The position numbers and the translations under genes were made by a program. This document shows positions 32,788 through 41,025 of a stretch of DNA of 47,761 bases, one piece after another. The notes below the pieces were generated by a model. It saw nothing but the letters and a program-made list of their open reading frames with translations, ran no database searches and was not told the DNA's origin. The stretch's first letter is position 1; every line of letters starts with the position of its first letter. Source of the DNA: a virus; IMG/VR virus record IMGVR_UViG_3300048565_000032; one strand, given 5' to 3'.

Positions 32788-34404
32788 CTAGCGCCCGAAC
32801 TCACGAATGCAAGAGGGCCAGTCCTTGTTCTGTAGCCAAGCGGCGACAGACGTGAACACCGCGTCCGAGAAGCCGGCGACGCGGAGAGTGTCCTTCCGCT
32901 TCGGCAGCTGGTCGGTGGCGTTCGGGCTGATGTTGATGCGGACCTGCTTCGCGTTCGGGTTCTTGCGCTTGATGTCGTCCCACGCGGCCACAGTGCCGGG
33001 CGCCCGGTCGCGGGTGTGGGTCGCGTAGTTGTAGGTGAAGCTCATGCCACTTGAGTCGAGCCAGCTCTCGTTGTCCGAGATCAGGATGAACGTGTCCACG
33101 TCGCGCTTCTCGCTCGCGAGCAGCCGCATCGGCGCCGAGCAGTCCGTGCCGCCGCCCGCGTTCGCCAGCTTCTGCGCCATCGTCGGGATGCTGTCGAGCG
33201 GGTTCAACGGGACAATGACCGCATTGTTCGCGAACGTCATCACGCGCGTCTGCGGCGAGCGCCGCACGATGGCCGCCGCGAACAGCGCCGCCACGTCCAT
33301 GTAGGTGATCTCGGTCGACGCGTTGCCGCGATACCCGGTCACCGGGTTCTTCATCGAACCGGAACAGTCGACCGCGACGTAGACGTTGCCTTCGAGCGCG
33401 GGCACCGCCGCGAGCGAGTGATCGAGCGCCTGCCCGAGTGCATACTTCAGCTCGTGCGGCATGTCGGCGTCCTTGGCGACCATCGAGAACGCCTGCAGCA
33501 GCTGGTAGGGGAACTGCTTCGCCTTCAGCACCTCCTCCTTCGAGGAGAGGCGCGCGACGATCTTCTTCAGCAGCTCGGGGTTGCTCTTGAAGACGCCGTG
33601 CCGCTGCGCGGTCACGAGGTTCATGCGCGTGAACTGGAAGCCGCCCCGATCGAACAGCTGCTCCCAGTGCGCCGTCGTCAGCGGGACGGTGTCGATCATG
33701 TTGAACGGCACGTCCGGCAGCGGCTTCGTCTGGTCGGCGCGGAACGCGAGCGTGTCCTGCACCAGCTGCGGCAAGGCCTCCGGGTTCTCGACCGGCTTGC
33801 CGATCAGCATCCGGTAGAGGGTGGCGCGCTCGCGGTCGAGGGTGAAGCCGAGCGTGTCCATGTCCTTCGACACCGGTCGCGGGCGTGCGAGCTTGATGAT
33901 GTCGCCGAGGCTCGGATCCTTGGCGATCGACTGCTTCCACAGGTAGTCGACGTTCGCGCGGTTCAGCCAGTTCGACACCAGCCGCTTGCCGACCGAGCCG
34001 AGCGAGCGGCGGCCGAAGCGACCGGAGCGCACCGCCTGCACGAAGTTCGAGAGCATCTTCGCGTTGTTGATCACCTCGTCGAACAGCGCCGCGGTGAACG
34101 CGCCGCTCTTCTTGCCGAAGAGGTAGGCCAGCAGAACCGCCGGCGTGTCCTTCATGAAGCCAGCGCCGCGCGCGTAGCGCGCGACCTGCGCGACGAACGC
34201 GTCGTCGCACTTCGCGGCCAGCTCCAGAATCTGCGCGAGCTGAGTCTCGGCCGAGACGTAGAACGTGTCGCCGAAGAAGCCGGTCACCGCCAGCTGCGCG
34301 AGAGCCTCCTCGGGCTCCATCGCGTAGGCCGGCGCGCCGGCGTTGTTGGTGGCGTCGGGGGCGACGTAGAGGGACGGGGAGGAAGCAAAGGTCTTCTTGT
34401 TCAT
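32788..34404 (-). CDS. rsr: Ro60/Rsr orthologue (TROVE domain + vWA domain with MIDAS motif)
   Basis: N-terminus TNNAGAPAYAMEPEEALAQLAVTGFFGDTFYVSAE...VARYARGAGFMKDTPAVLLAYL is TROVE-like. The C-terminal vWA domain has DCSGS (VAVDCSGSM), GGGTDCSAP and ILISDNESW. ATG 34404 is preferred (GGAG 9 nt upstream); an alternative ATG lies at 34446. Confidence 0.85.
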   Translation of the reverse strand: MNKKTFASSPSLYVAPDATNNAGAPAYAMEPEEALAQLAVTGFFGDTFYVSAETQLAQILELAAKCDDAFVAQVARYARGAGFMKDTPAVLLAYLFGKKSGAFTAALFDEVINNAKMLSNFVQAVRSGRFGRRSLGSVGKRLVSNWLNRANVDYLWKQSIAKDPSLGDIIKLARPRPVSKDMDTLGFTLDRERATLYRMLIGKPVENPEALPQLVQDTLAFRADQTKPLPDVPFNMIDTVPLTTAHWEQLFDRGGFQFTRMNLVTAQRHGVFKSNPELLKKIVARLSSKEEVLKAKQFPYQLLQAFSMVAKDADMPHELKYALGQALDHSLAAVPALEGNVYVAVDCSGSMKNPVTGYRGNASTEITYMDVAALFAAAIVRRSPQTRVMTFANNAVIVPLNPLDSIPTMAQKLANAGGGTDCSAPMRLLASEKRDVDTFILISDNESWLDSSGMSFTYNYATHTRDRAPGTVAAWDDIKRKNPNAKQVRINISPNATDQLPKRKDTLRVAGFSDAVFTSVAAWLQNKDWPSCIREFGR

Positions 34405-34452
34405 CTTCAGGGTCTCCAGTAGTCCCGCAGGTCTACTGGAGTTCACCCTTGA

Positions 34453-37400
34453 CTACAAGCCCGGCCTGTGCCGATCCCACATCGCGCCCTGCCATGGGTA
34501 GGCGCGCAGCTCCGTCTGCTCGGTCGCCATGTAGCGATCCATGTAGTCGAAGAACGCCGGCTGGTTCCAGAACGGGCGCAGACCCATCGCGCGCATGGCG
34601 AGCACGCACCCCGACCACGAGATGGCGGAGCAGCACCGCCGGTAGTCGTTCTCGCCTGGGTTCTTCACCCACCGGTGGTCGTCGCCTGCCGGCGACTGCG
34701 CGTGGAAGTTCCCCCACTCCGGCAGACCGACGTCGGCCGCGGTGTAGCCGCCGAAGCCCCAGTTGTAGACGCCCGGCGAGGTCTCCTGCACGTAGAACGT
34801 CTGCCCATCCTCGCTGAAGGGGATGACGTTGCGCGCGTCGCCGGGCGTGAAGATGGTCGGCGCGTAGGTGGTGCCGGCCGCCAGCATCGCGTCGTCGTGG
34901 AGCACGCGCCCAGCGAAGAGGATCGGAAACTTGCGCCCGTTGCAGTGGCCGTTGACACCCCACTTCGCCCCGAGCTTCATGTGCTCGAAGTTGTCGATCC
35001 CCATCTGCGTCAACGCGATCACGATCTTCCGCTTCTGTGCGTTGGTCAGGTTCGTGTTCGCGAGCAGCGCGGCGTCGCCGATCTGCCGAGTGAACCGCTG
35101 GTAGTAGTCGCCGAGCCCGGCCTGCGGGTGCATGTAGCGCGAGGTCCAGTTCGGGAAGTGATCGAGCCACAGCGTTGCGTAGAACCAAGCCTCTACCTCT
35201 GCGACGCTCGGCGCGCCGGCAGCCGGGGTGAGATCCGCGAGGAGCGCGTAGTCGAGGTCTTGCTCGCGGAAGCGCACGGTCTTGTCCGCGCCGGCGTAGG
35301 CGGGTCGGAACGCGTCGGCGCTCGGCGCCGCCGCCAGAACGGTCAACACCGCAGCCGTCTGCAGCGCGGACCACTGCCCGTTCGCCGGCGCGAAGGCCGG
35401 CGTCGTCGAGATCAGCGACCCGGTTGTGATCGTCAACGGCAGCTGCGCGCCGACGTTCATCGCCGGCGTCCACCGTGGCGCGTTGGTCTCGTCGCGCAGG
35501 AAGAAGTCGCCGGGGTTCACCGTCGAGATGTCGCTGTCGTAGAGCGACGAGTCGTAGCCTTGCTTGCCGTCGGCGCGCGGCGCCGGGCTGAGCATCGACC
35601 CTCCCGTGGTGCGGCCCGTCGGCTGGACCACGACGCCCGGCGTGATCGCCGCGATCGTGACCGGGCCGACCACCCACGGGTCACCGTTGCAGAAGCGTCC
35701 GGCCGGGCGCGGCTGCGCGAAGGTCCAGGTCACCCCGAACTGAGTCATCGACGACGCTGTCGGCGCCGGTGCCGCCACGACACCGGGGGCCAGCCACGCC
35801 GTTTCCTTGGTCTCGTTCGCTCCGCTGGTCAGCTGCGCCCACACCGCGCCCGCCTGTGGGTCGGCCGGGTCGTTGCGGAGCACCACCGCCGGCGCCAGAC
35901 CCATGCCGAAGTAGTTGAACACCTCGTCCGCGGGCGCCGTGCCGGCGACCGGGCGCTGCGGGCTCGACACCCAGCGCCCACTCTGCAGGAGCCACGCGTC
36001 GCGCATGACCGCCCTGGCGCCCTCCAGGGCGATGCTTCGAGCGAGGGGGATGTCGAGCACCCGTCCGGCCAGATCGAGGCCGTAGCACCCGACGCCCTGC
36101 TGCCAGGGGATCCACCACGCCCCCGCCCCGAGGCGCGGGTCATCGACCCTGACGTCCCAGATCGCGAGGGGGCGCGTCCCGAGCGCGGCGTAGACCAGAC
36201 GCACGCGGTCCTCGTAGCGCGCCCTGACGCGCGCAGCGAGCGCCCGGTCCTCCAGGTCGCGCCACAGGCCGACGACCAGGATCCCCGCCCAGCCGACGCT
36301 ACGGGCCGCGTCAGGGCCGCTGGTCGACCACCCAGGCCGCACGGTCTCGCCGAAGAGGAAGAGGCGGGCCTGCTGCTCCAGCTCCCACTGCAGGGCAGCG
36401 GAGTCGGTCAGGCGGGCAGCTGCGATGACGGTGTTGTAGAGCCAGTGCTCGCGATCGGGGCCCAGCCACCCGTGGGTGTCGGGCAAAACGCCCGTCTTGC
36501 CGAGGCGGTCTGGGGAGACCCCGAGGTTGAAGTGGGGGCGGCCGTTCCAGGTGACGCAGTTCGGGTGCGCGATCGGATCCGCGAAGGAGCCGTCCGCTTC
36601 GAGGTGGTGGCAGGGCCGGGCAAGCATCTTCAGCGCCGCGAAGTAGGCGACCTGCTCCGCCCCGACGCCGCCCGGCAACAGGCTTTCGCCGCGCACGAAG
36701 ACCTGATCCTCCTGCGCACCGGTGTCGCCGGCGGTCGGGTTCGCGCCGATCGTGCCGGCCTCCCAGGTGTGCAGCCGGCGGAGGGCTTCGGGCCACTGGC
36801 CCATCCAGGCGCGGACATCGAATCCGGGCGGGTAGCTCGGGTTGCCGTCCGGCAGCAAACGAGCAATGGCGACGGCGGTCGCCGCGCGCAGCCCGGCGGC
36901 GTTCACTTGGAACCACCCGGCCTCGTCGACATCGCCGAGGATCCGCCGCCACGCGAGCGTGACCGCGGCGCCGCGCGCCTGACCGTCCGCGAAGGCGGTC
37001 CCCGCCGGCACGATCGGACTGCCCCAGCCGGCGCCCAGGACGTGCACGTAGGCGTCGCCGAACCGGAACGTCAGGGCGTCGCTGGTCTCGCCCATGTCGG
37101 GGATCGAGCCGTTGCTGCAGCAGACCACTACCTCTCCGGTGGCCATGCCCGGCTGGTCAGGGAGCCACCGCAGCCACGCGTCGACGTTCAGCATCGGCGT
37201 GACACGCCCGCGCATGCGACAGCGCCAGCCGGCACCGTCGGGGGTGACGGACACCAAGCCGAGGGGCGCGCCGTTCACCGTCGCGAGGCCGCCGAAGAAC
37301 GCGACCGGGTCCGCCGGCAAGCTCAGCTCGGGCGCCGGCGACGGTGCCGCGTCGGCGAGGCGCAGGTCTCGCTCTTCGTGCGGCGCGAGCGTGACGTGAA

Positions 37401-37605
37401 CATCGAGCGCCCAGACGTCGAGCCCGATCTTGCGCCCGAGCACGAAGCGCTCACCCGTCGGCAGGGTGCCGGCGTCGTGCGTCGGGCGCGTGTCGGTGGT
37501 CGTCCGCAACCAGCCGGTGAAGGGGTGCGGCGCGTAGTTCGCGACGCGGACGGTCTGCGCGGTAGCCGCGCAGCTGAGGAGGAACGCAAGCAGTGTTCGG
37601 AGCAT
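34453..37605 (-). CDS. Large secreted (or lipo-) protein of unknown function (1,050 aa)
   Basis: Signal peptide MLRTLLAFLLSCAATAQT (ATA-Q cleavage site or an LLSC lipobox). Trp/Gly/Pro-rich globular composition, with Cys motifs GHCNGRKF and YRRCCSAISWSGC. I recognised no catalytic family. Confidence 0.7.
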   Translation of the reverse strand: MLRTLLAFLLSCAATAQTVRVANYAPHPFTGWLRTTTDTRPTHDAGTLPTGERFVLGRKIGLDVWALDVHVTLAPHEERDLRLADAAPSPAPELSLPADPVAFFGGLATVNGAPLGLVSVTPDGAGWRCRMRGRVTPMLNVDAWLRWLPDQPGMATGEVVVCCSNGSIPDMGETSDALTFRFGDAYVHVLGAGWGSPIVPAGTAFADGQARGAAVTLAWRRILGDVDEAGWFQVNAAGLRAATAVAIARLLPDGNPSYPPGFDVRAWMGQWPEALRRLHTWEAGTIGANPTAGDTGAQEDQVFVRGESLLPGGVGAEQVAYFAALKMLARPCHHLEADGSFADPIAHPNCVTWNGRPHFNLGVSPDRLGKTGVLPDTHGWLGPDREHWLYNTVIAAARLTDSAALQWELEQQARLFLFGETVRPGWSTSGPDAARSVGWAGILVVGLWRDLEDRALAARVRARYEDRVRLVYAALGTRPLAIWDVRVDDPRLGAGAWWIPWQQGVGCYGLDLAGRVLDIPLARSIALEGARAVMRDAWLLQSGRWVSSPQRPVAGTAPADEVFNYFGMGLAPAVVLRNDPADPQAGAVWAQLTSGANETKETAWLAPGVVAAPAPTASSMTQFGVTWTFAQPRPAGRFCNGDPWVVGPVTIAAITPGVVVQPTGRTTGGSMLSPAPRADGKQGYDSSLYDSDISTVNPGDFFLRDETNAPRWTPAMNVGAQLPLTITTGSLISTTPAFAPANGQWSALQTAAVLTVLAAAPSADAFRPAYAGADKTVRFREQDLDYALLADLTPAAGAPSVAEVEAWFYATLWLDHFPNWTSRYMHPQAGLGDYYQRFTRQIGDAALLANTNLTNAQKRKIVIALTQMGIDNFEHMKLGAKWGVNGHCNGRKFPILFAGRVLHDDAMLAAGTTYAPTIFTPGDARNVIPFSEDGQTFYVQETSPGVYNWGFGGYTAADVGLPEWGNFHAQSPAGDDHRWVKNPGENDYRRCCSAISWSGCVLAMRAMGLRPFWNQPAFFDYMDRYMATEQTELRAYPWQGAMWDRHRPGL

Positions 37606-37632
37606 GGGGCGCGAGTCTACGCCCCGCCCCGA

Positions 37633-37902
37633 TCACTTGCGAGGTGCGAGCTTCCTCTCGTCGAGGGACACGCGGAGCGCGTCCTTGATCGTGCGCTCGG
37701 CCAGACCGGAACCCTTGACGATCCGGCTCAGCACCCAGTCGCTGGCGCCTTGGTCGCCGTTCATCAGGTTGTAGAGGTGGGGGCGAGAGATCCCGAAGTC
37801 CTTCGCGACGGACGCGAGGGGGCGGGGCTTGTCGCCCTTCTTCAGGCCACGACGAGCGTGGCGCTCCACGAGATCACGAAACGACGAAGTCACACGAACC
37901 AT
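37633..37902 (-). CDS. XRE/Cro-type helix-turn-helix DNA-binding protein (89 aa)
   Basis: LASVAKDFGISRPHLYNLMNG is a classic HTH. ATG at 37902 is preferred over the track start at 38004, which would abut the polymerase stop at 38008-38010. Confidence 0.6.
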   Translation of the reverse strand: MVRVTSSFRDLVERHARRGLKKGDKPRPLASVAKDFGISRPHLYNLMNGDQGASDWVLSRIVKGSGLAERTIKDALRVSLDERKLAPRK

Positions 37903-38007
37903 ACGAACACCAGGGTCAGGAGAATCAGGACGCACGCGGCGACGTTCTCGCCGGGTGAACATTGATCGTGGGTCTCGGGCATGGGTGTAGACGCTAGCAT
38001 ACAACTG

Positions 38008-40029
38008 TCACCCGCGGAAGTAGGCACCGCGATATCCTTCGACGGCGATTGGCAGATCCGGTGCCCACTCGGGCTGTTCGGCCATCAGGTCGCAGAACTC
38101 GCGCACGTCGCCGGTGCCCGTCGGCACCTCGCTGAGGATCGAGTCGTGAACGTGCATCACGATGTCGTAGGGGGTGACGGCGTCGACGCGCAGCAGGGCC
38201 CGCGCCATCAGGTCGCGCGCTACGGCCTGCGTCGCGTTCTCCGCGAGCTTGCCGCCGTAGGTGCTCTCGACCCGCATGCCGCCACCCTTCGGCGCGAAGT
38301 AGCGGATCTCCTCCGTCTCGAACTCGCGCGTCACGATGTCACCGTTGTCGTCGACGGTTTCGATCTTCTTCTTGACCCACTTGGTGTGGGGGCGCCAGTA
38401 GCGGATCGAACGCCCGCTCGGCAACCGCATCTGCACGCAGGTGCCATCACCGCGGAGCATCACGAGGCCCGCATAGAAGACCCGGTGCGGCGTTGCGATC
38501 GCGTCCCGGAAGGCCTGTTCGATGTCGGCCCAGAACTGCACGATCATCGGGTTGGCGGCGCGCCAACCGAGCTGCACGCGGCGCGCTTCCTTGCGCGTGA
38601 GGACCACCTTGTAGCCGAGCGCTGCGCTGACGAACGTGAGGGCACCCATGCCGTAGCCGAGCGCGAGACGCTGGACCTTGCCGAGCTGTCGGTTCGTGCT
38701 GCCGATCTTCGCGGCGTCCTCGACATAGATGTCGCGCCCCGACGCGAAGACGTCGAGCACGTCGTCCTGGCCGGCGAGCCACGCGAGCACCCGCGCCTCG
38801 ACCGCCGAGAAGTCGCCGCCGATCAGCTCCTTGCCGGGCGGGGCGATGATCGTCGAGCGCAGCGCTTGCGAGAGGCCGTCGAGCGGCTGACCGACGACGA
38901 ACTCCAGCCCCTCAAGGTCACCCTCGCGAACCATCGTGTGCACCAGCGAGCGCGCGCCGCCGAGCAAGTCCTTCGGCAGGTTGTGCACCTGCAACCCCTC
39001 AGACGACCACCGACCGGTGTTCGCCTTGGAGTAGCGGAGCGCGAAGTGCAGGCGCCCGTCGCGGCCGACCATCTTCGGCACGCGGTTGAGCTTCGCGAGC
39101 GACGTCGCCTTGCCGGCTTCGAGGCGGGTCTCCAGCACCGACTGCACGTCAGAGGCGAGACCCTCCTTCTTCAGCAGGTCGAGCACCGTCTTGCGATCGA
39201 TCGACGGTGTCATCTCGAACGAACCGTCCTTGCGCTTGCGCCTGACCATCGGCAGGACCACGCCGCGCTCCTTGAGCCACACCTTCATGCCGGGAGCTGA
39301 GATCGCGTTCTTCAGGTAGGCACCGGAGTCGTCGTAGGCGCTTTCCGCGAGCTGCAGCTTCCTGGCGCGTGTCATCCGCGACATGGTGTCGACGAGCGGC
39401 AGGTCGAGGTAGACGCCGCGGCGTCCGATCTTGCGGTCGAGGCGCATCGTGAGCACCTCGTCGACCGGGACCCGCGGCAGCCGCCACCAGCAGCTGAACA
39501 TCGAGAGCACGTCGGTCTCGCAGTAGGAGATCAGCTCGGCCTCGTCCTGCGGGGACAGCACCGGGTAGACGTAGCCGTCCGGGCCATCCTCTACGCGGGC
39601 GACGCGCTTCATCAGTTCGCTGCCCTCCTTGTCCTTCGGGATCGCTCCCTTCAGTGCGGCGGCGAGCGCACCCAGACCGAGCGGTAGGTTTGCCGCGGCG
39701 GCGTAGTGGAGCGTGTCTTCCCAGGTCTCGATCGCCGGCAGCGGCCACCCGTGGCGCTTCGACAACACGTTCTCGATGATCGCCATCTCGAACGACGCGT
39801 TGTGTGCGAGAAGAGGACGCCCGGCGAGGATGTGCGCCACCGCCCAAGATGGCACTTCCTCGCCGGGCTTCCAGGTAGCTGTCTTGACGACGCCGGTCGG
39901 GCTGTCACACAGGCCGAACACGGCGCAGTGAACACCCGTAGACGGGTGTTCACTGTAGGCCCAGGCACCGGAGACCTGCGGTGTGGTGGCGCTGTAGGTC
40001 TCGATGTCGATGCCCAGGATGGTGGTCAT
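38008..40029 (-). CDS. Family-A DNA polymerase with 3'-5' exonuclease domain
   Basis: Exo I ILGIDIETYS. Pol motif A GGDFSAVEARVLAWL, motif B RQLGKVQRLALGYGMG, motif C MHVHDSILSEV. ATG at 40029 overlaps the upstream stop (ATGA). Confidence 0.9.
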   Translation of the reverse strand: MTTILGIDIETYSATTPQVSGAWAYSEHPSTGVHCAVFGLCDSPTGVVKTATWKPGEEVPSWAVAHILAGRPLLAHNASFEMAIIENVLSKRHGWPLPAIETWEDTLHYAAAANLPLGLGALAAALKGAIPKDKEGSELMKRVARVEDGPDGYVYPVLSPQDEAELISYCETDVLSMFSCWWRLPRVPVDEVLTMRLDRKIGRRGVYLDLPLVDTMSRMTRARKLQLAESAYDDSGAYLKNAISAPGMKVWLKERGVVLPMVRRKRKDGSFEMTPSIDRKTVLDLLKKEGLASDVQSVLETRLEAGKATSLAKLNRVPKMVGRDGRLHFALRYSKANTGRWSSEGLQVHNLPKDLLGGARSLVHTMVREGDLEGLEFVVGQPLDGLSQALRSTIIAPPGKELIGGDFSAVEARVLAWLAGQDDVLDVFASGRDIYVEDAAKIGSTNRQLGKVQRLALGYGMGALTFVSAALGYKVVLTRKEARRVQLGWRAANPMIVQFWADIEQAFRDAIATPHRVFYAGLVMLRGDGTCVQMRLPSGRSIRYWRPHTKWVKKKIETVDDNGDIVTREFETEEIRYFAPKGGGMRVESTYGGKLAENATQAVARDLMARALLRVDAVTPYDIVMHVHDSILSEVPTGTGDVREFCDLMAEQPEWAPDLPIAVEGYRGAYFRG

Positions 40030-40214
40030 TTGCCGACCGCCAGGGCCACGAAGAGAAGGAGGAAGACGAGCGTGGCAGGCACCCACAAAGGCGCGAGCAC
40101 CCACCCCCAGCTCCAGGCGATGACGCCGCAGAGCTTGAGCACGATGAACGCGATCGTGAGGGCTCCGAGGAACCCGAGGGAACTCCGAGCATCCTTCGCA
40201 GGTTCTGACGTCAT
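40026..40214 (-). CDS. Small membrane protein (two TM segments, 62 aa)
   Basis: LGFLGALTIAFIVLKLCGVIAWSWGWVLAPLWVPATLVFLLLFVALAV. Coupled to both neighbours. Confidence 0.5.
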   Translation of the reverse strand: MTSEPAKDARSSLGFLGALTIAFIVLKLCGVIAWSWGWVLAPLWVPATLVFLLLFVALAVGK

Positions 40215-40414
40215 CGCCGCGTCCTCGGTGGTTCGTCATACCACTCGGCCCGGCCGGGCAACGCCGACAGCGACATGTAGTCGCTGATCGGCGTGCCCCC
40301 GAGCTTGCGCGCAAGCGCGACCCAATCGTCGCGCTCGCGTGCGTGGCGTTCCAAGTCCTCGACGCGAGGATCCATCGCGTGCCGGAGACTCCGAGCCTTG
40401 GTTTCCAGGTGCAT
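40211..40414 (-). CDS. Hypothetical protein (67 aa)
   Basis: ATG at 40414, 2 nt after the SSB stop. It is the only part of the long track ORF 40211..41062 that does not overlap the SSB frame. Confidence 0.4.
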   Translation of the reverse strand: MHLETKARSLRHAMDPRVEDLERHARERDDWVALARKLGGTPISDYMSLSALPGRAEWYDEPPRTRR

Positions 40415-40416
40415 GA

Positions 40417-41025
40417 TCAGCCCCAGATGTCGGAGTCGTCGCTGCTGGACTTGCCCGCCGCCGGAGCGTCGCCGCTCTCGATCGGATCGAACACGTCGTT
40501 GACGTCGGCGCGGCCGTCGAGGCGGTCGCCGTCGCGCACGAACTGCACCGCCTCCAGCGAGAACGAGACACCCTTGCCGAACTCGTTGCTGTAGGCGAAG
40601 GCCTTGATCAGGAAGCGGCACCAGCAGCCGGGGTAGATCACCGACGGGATGTCGATGAGGGGTTGGCGGTTGTGGTCGACGACCTTCGGTGCGTAGCCGG
40701 AGTGCGTGTTGATGTAACGCCACCCGTCCTCGTAGCCGTCGATGCCCGACTTGTCCGCGCAGAGCTTGATCGGCAGCTTCTCGCGGGGCACCTGGATCAC
40801 CTTGCCGAACTTCTCCATCATCGCGGCCTCGACCGCGGCCTTGAACGGCGCCATGTCCGTCTCGGGCGGGATCAGCAGCACCGCTTGGTAGGTCATCTTC
40901 GGGGAGCCCGGCGCGCGCGCACGCGGCTTGTCGAGGGAGGGGAACGCGAGGCGCAACGGCGGCGTGGTCACGTAGACCGGTGCGAGCGTCTTCTTCTGAT
41001 TCGTCTGAGCCATGTTTCGTGTCAC
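40417..41025 (-). CDS. Single-stranded DNA-binding protein (DUF2815 / T7 gp2.5-like) with an acidic C-terminal tail
   Basis: LRLAFPSLDKP...YINTHSGYAPKVVD...IYPGCWCRFLIKAFAYSNEFGKGVSFSLEAVQFVRDG, with tail SSSDDSDIWG. GTG 41025 or ATG 41013 as start. Confidence 0.7.
   Translation of the reverse strand: MTRNMAQTNQKKTLAPVYVTTPPLRLAFPSLDKPRARAPGSPKMTYQAVLLIPPETDMAPFKAAVEAAMMEKFGKVIQVPREKLPIKLCADKSGIDGYEDGWRYINTHSGYAPKVVDHNRQPLIDIPSVIYPGCWCRFLIKAFAYSNEFGKGVSFSLEAVQFVRDGDRLDGRADVNDVFDPIESGDAPAAGKSSSDDSDIWG

Noticed and set aside
32801-34210. 469-aa alternative minus-strand frame overlapping rsr.
   Set aside because: It is an Arg/Gly/Ala/Pro-rich translation without motifs. The 32788-34404 frame carries the TROVE-like and MIDAS motifs.
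34468-37965. 1,165-aa plus-strand ORF antisense to the 1,050-aa gene. Similar long antisense ORFs include 6385-8082(-), 15624-17312(-), 23293-25446(-), 25498-27252(-), 27262-29022(-), 29167-30627(-), 30733-32280(-) and 37981-39300(+).
   Set aside because: Their translations are dominated by Arg/Ala/Gly/Pro/His runs (for example RRRRCRRRCRHD) with no motifs, the usual stop-poor shadow frames of high-GC DNA. The opposite strand in each case carries recognisable motifs, signal peptides or coupled start/stop junctions.
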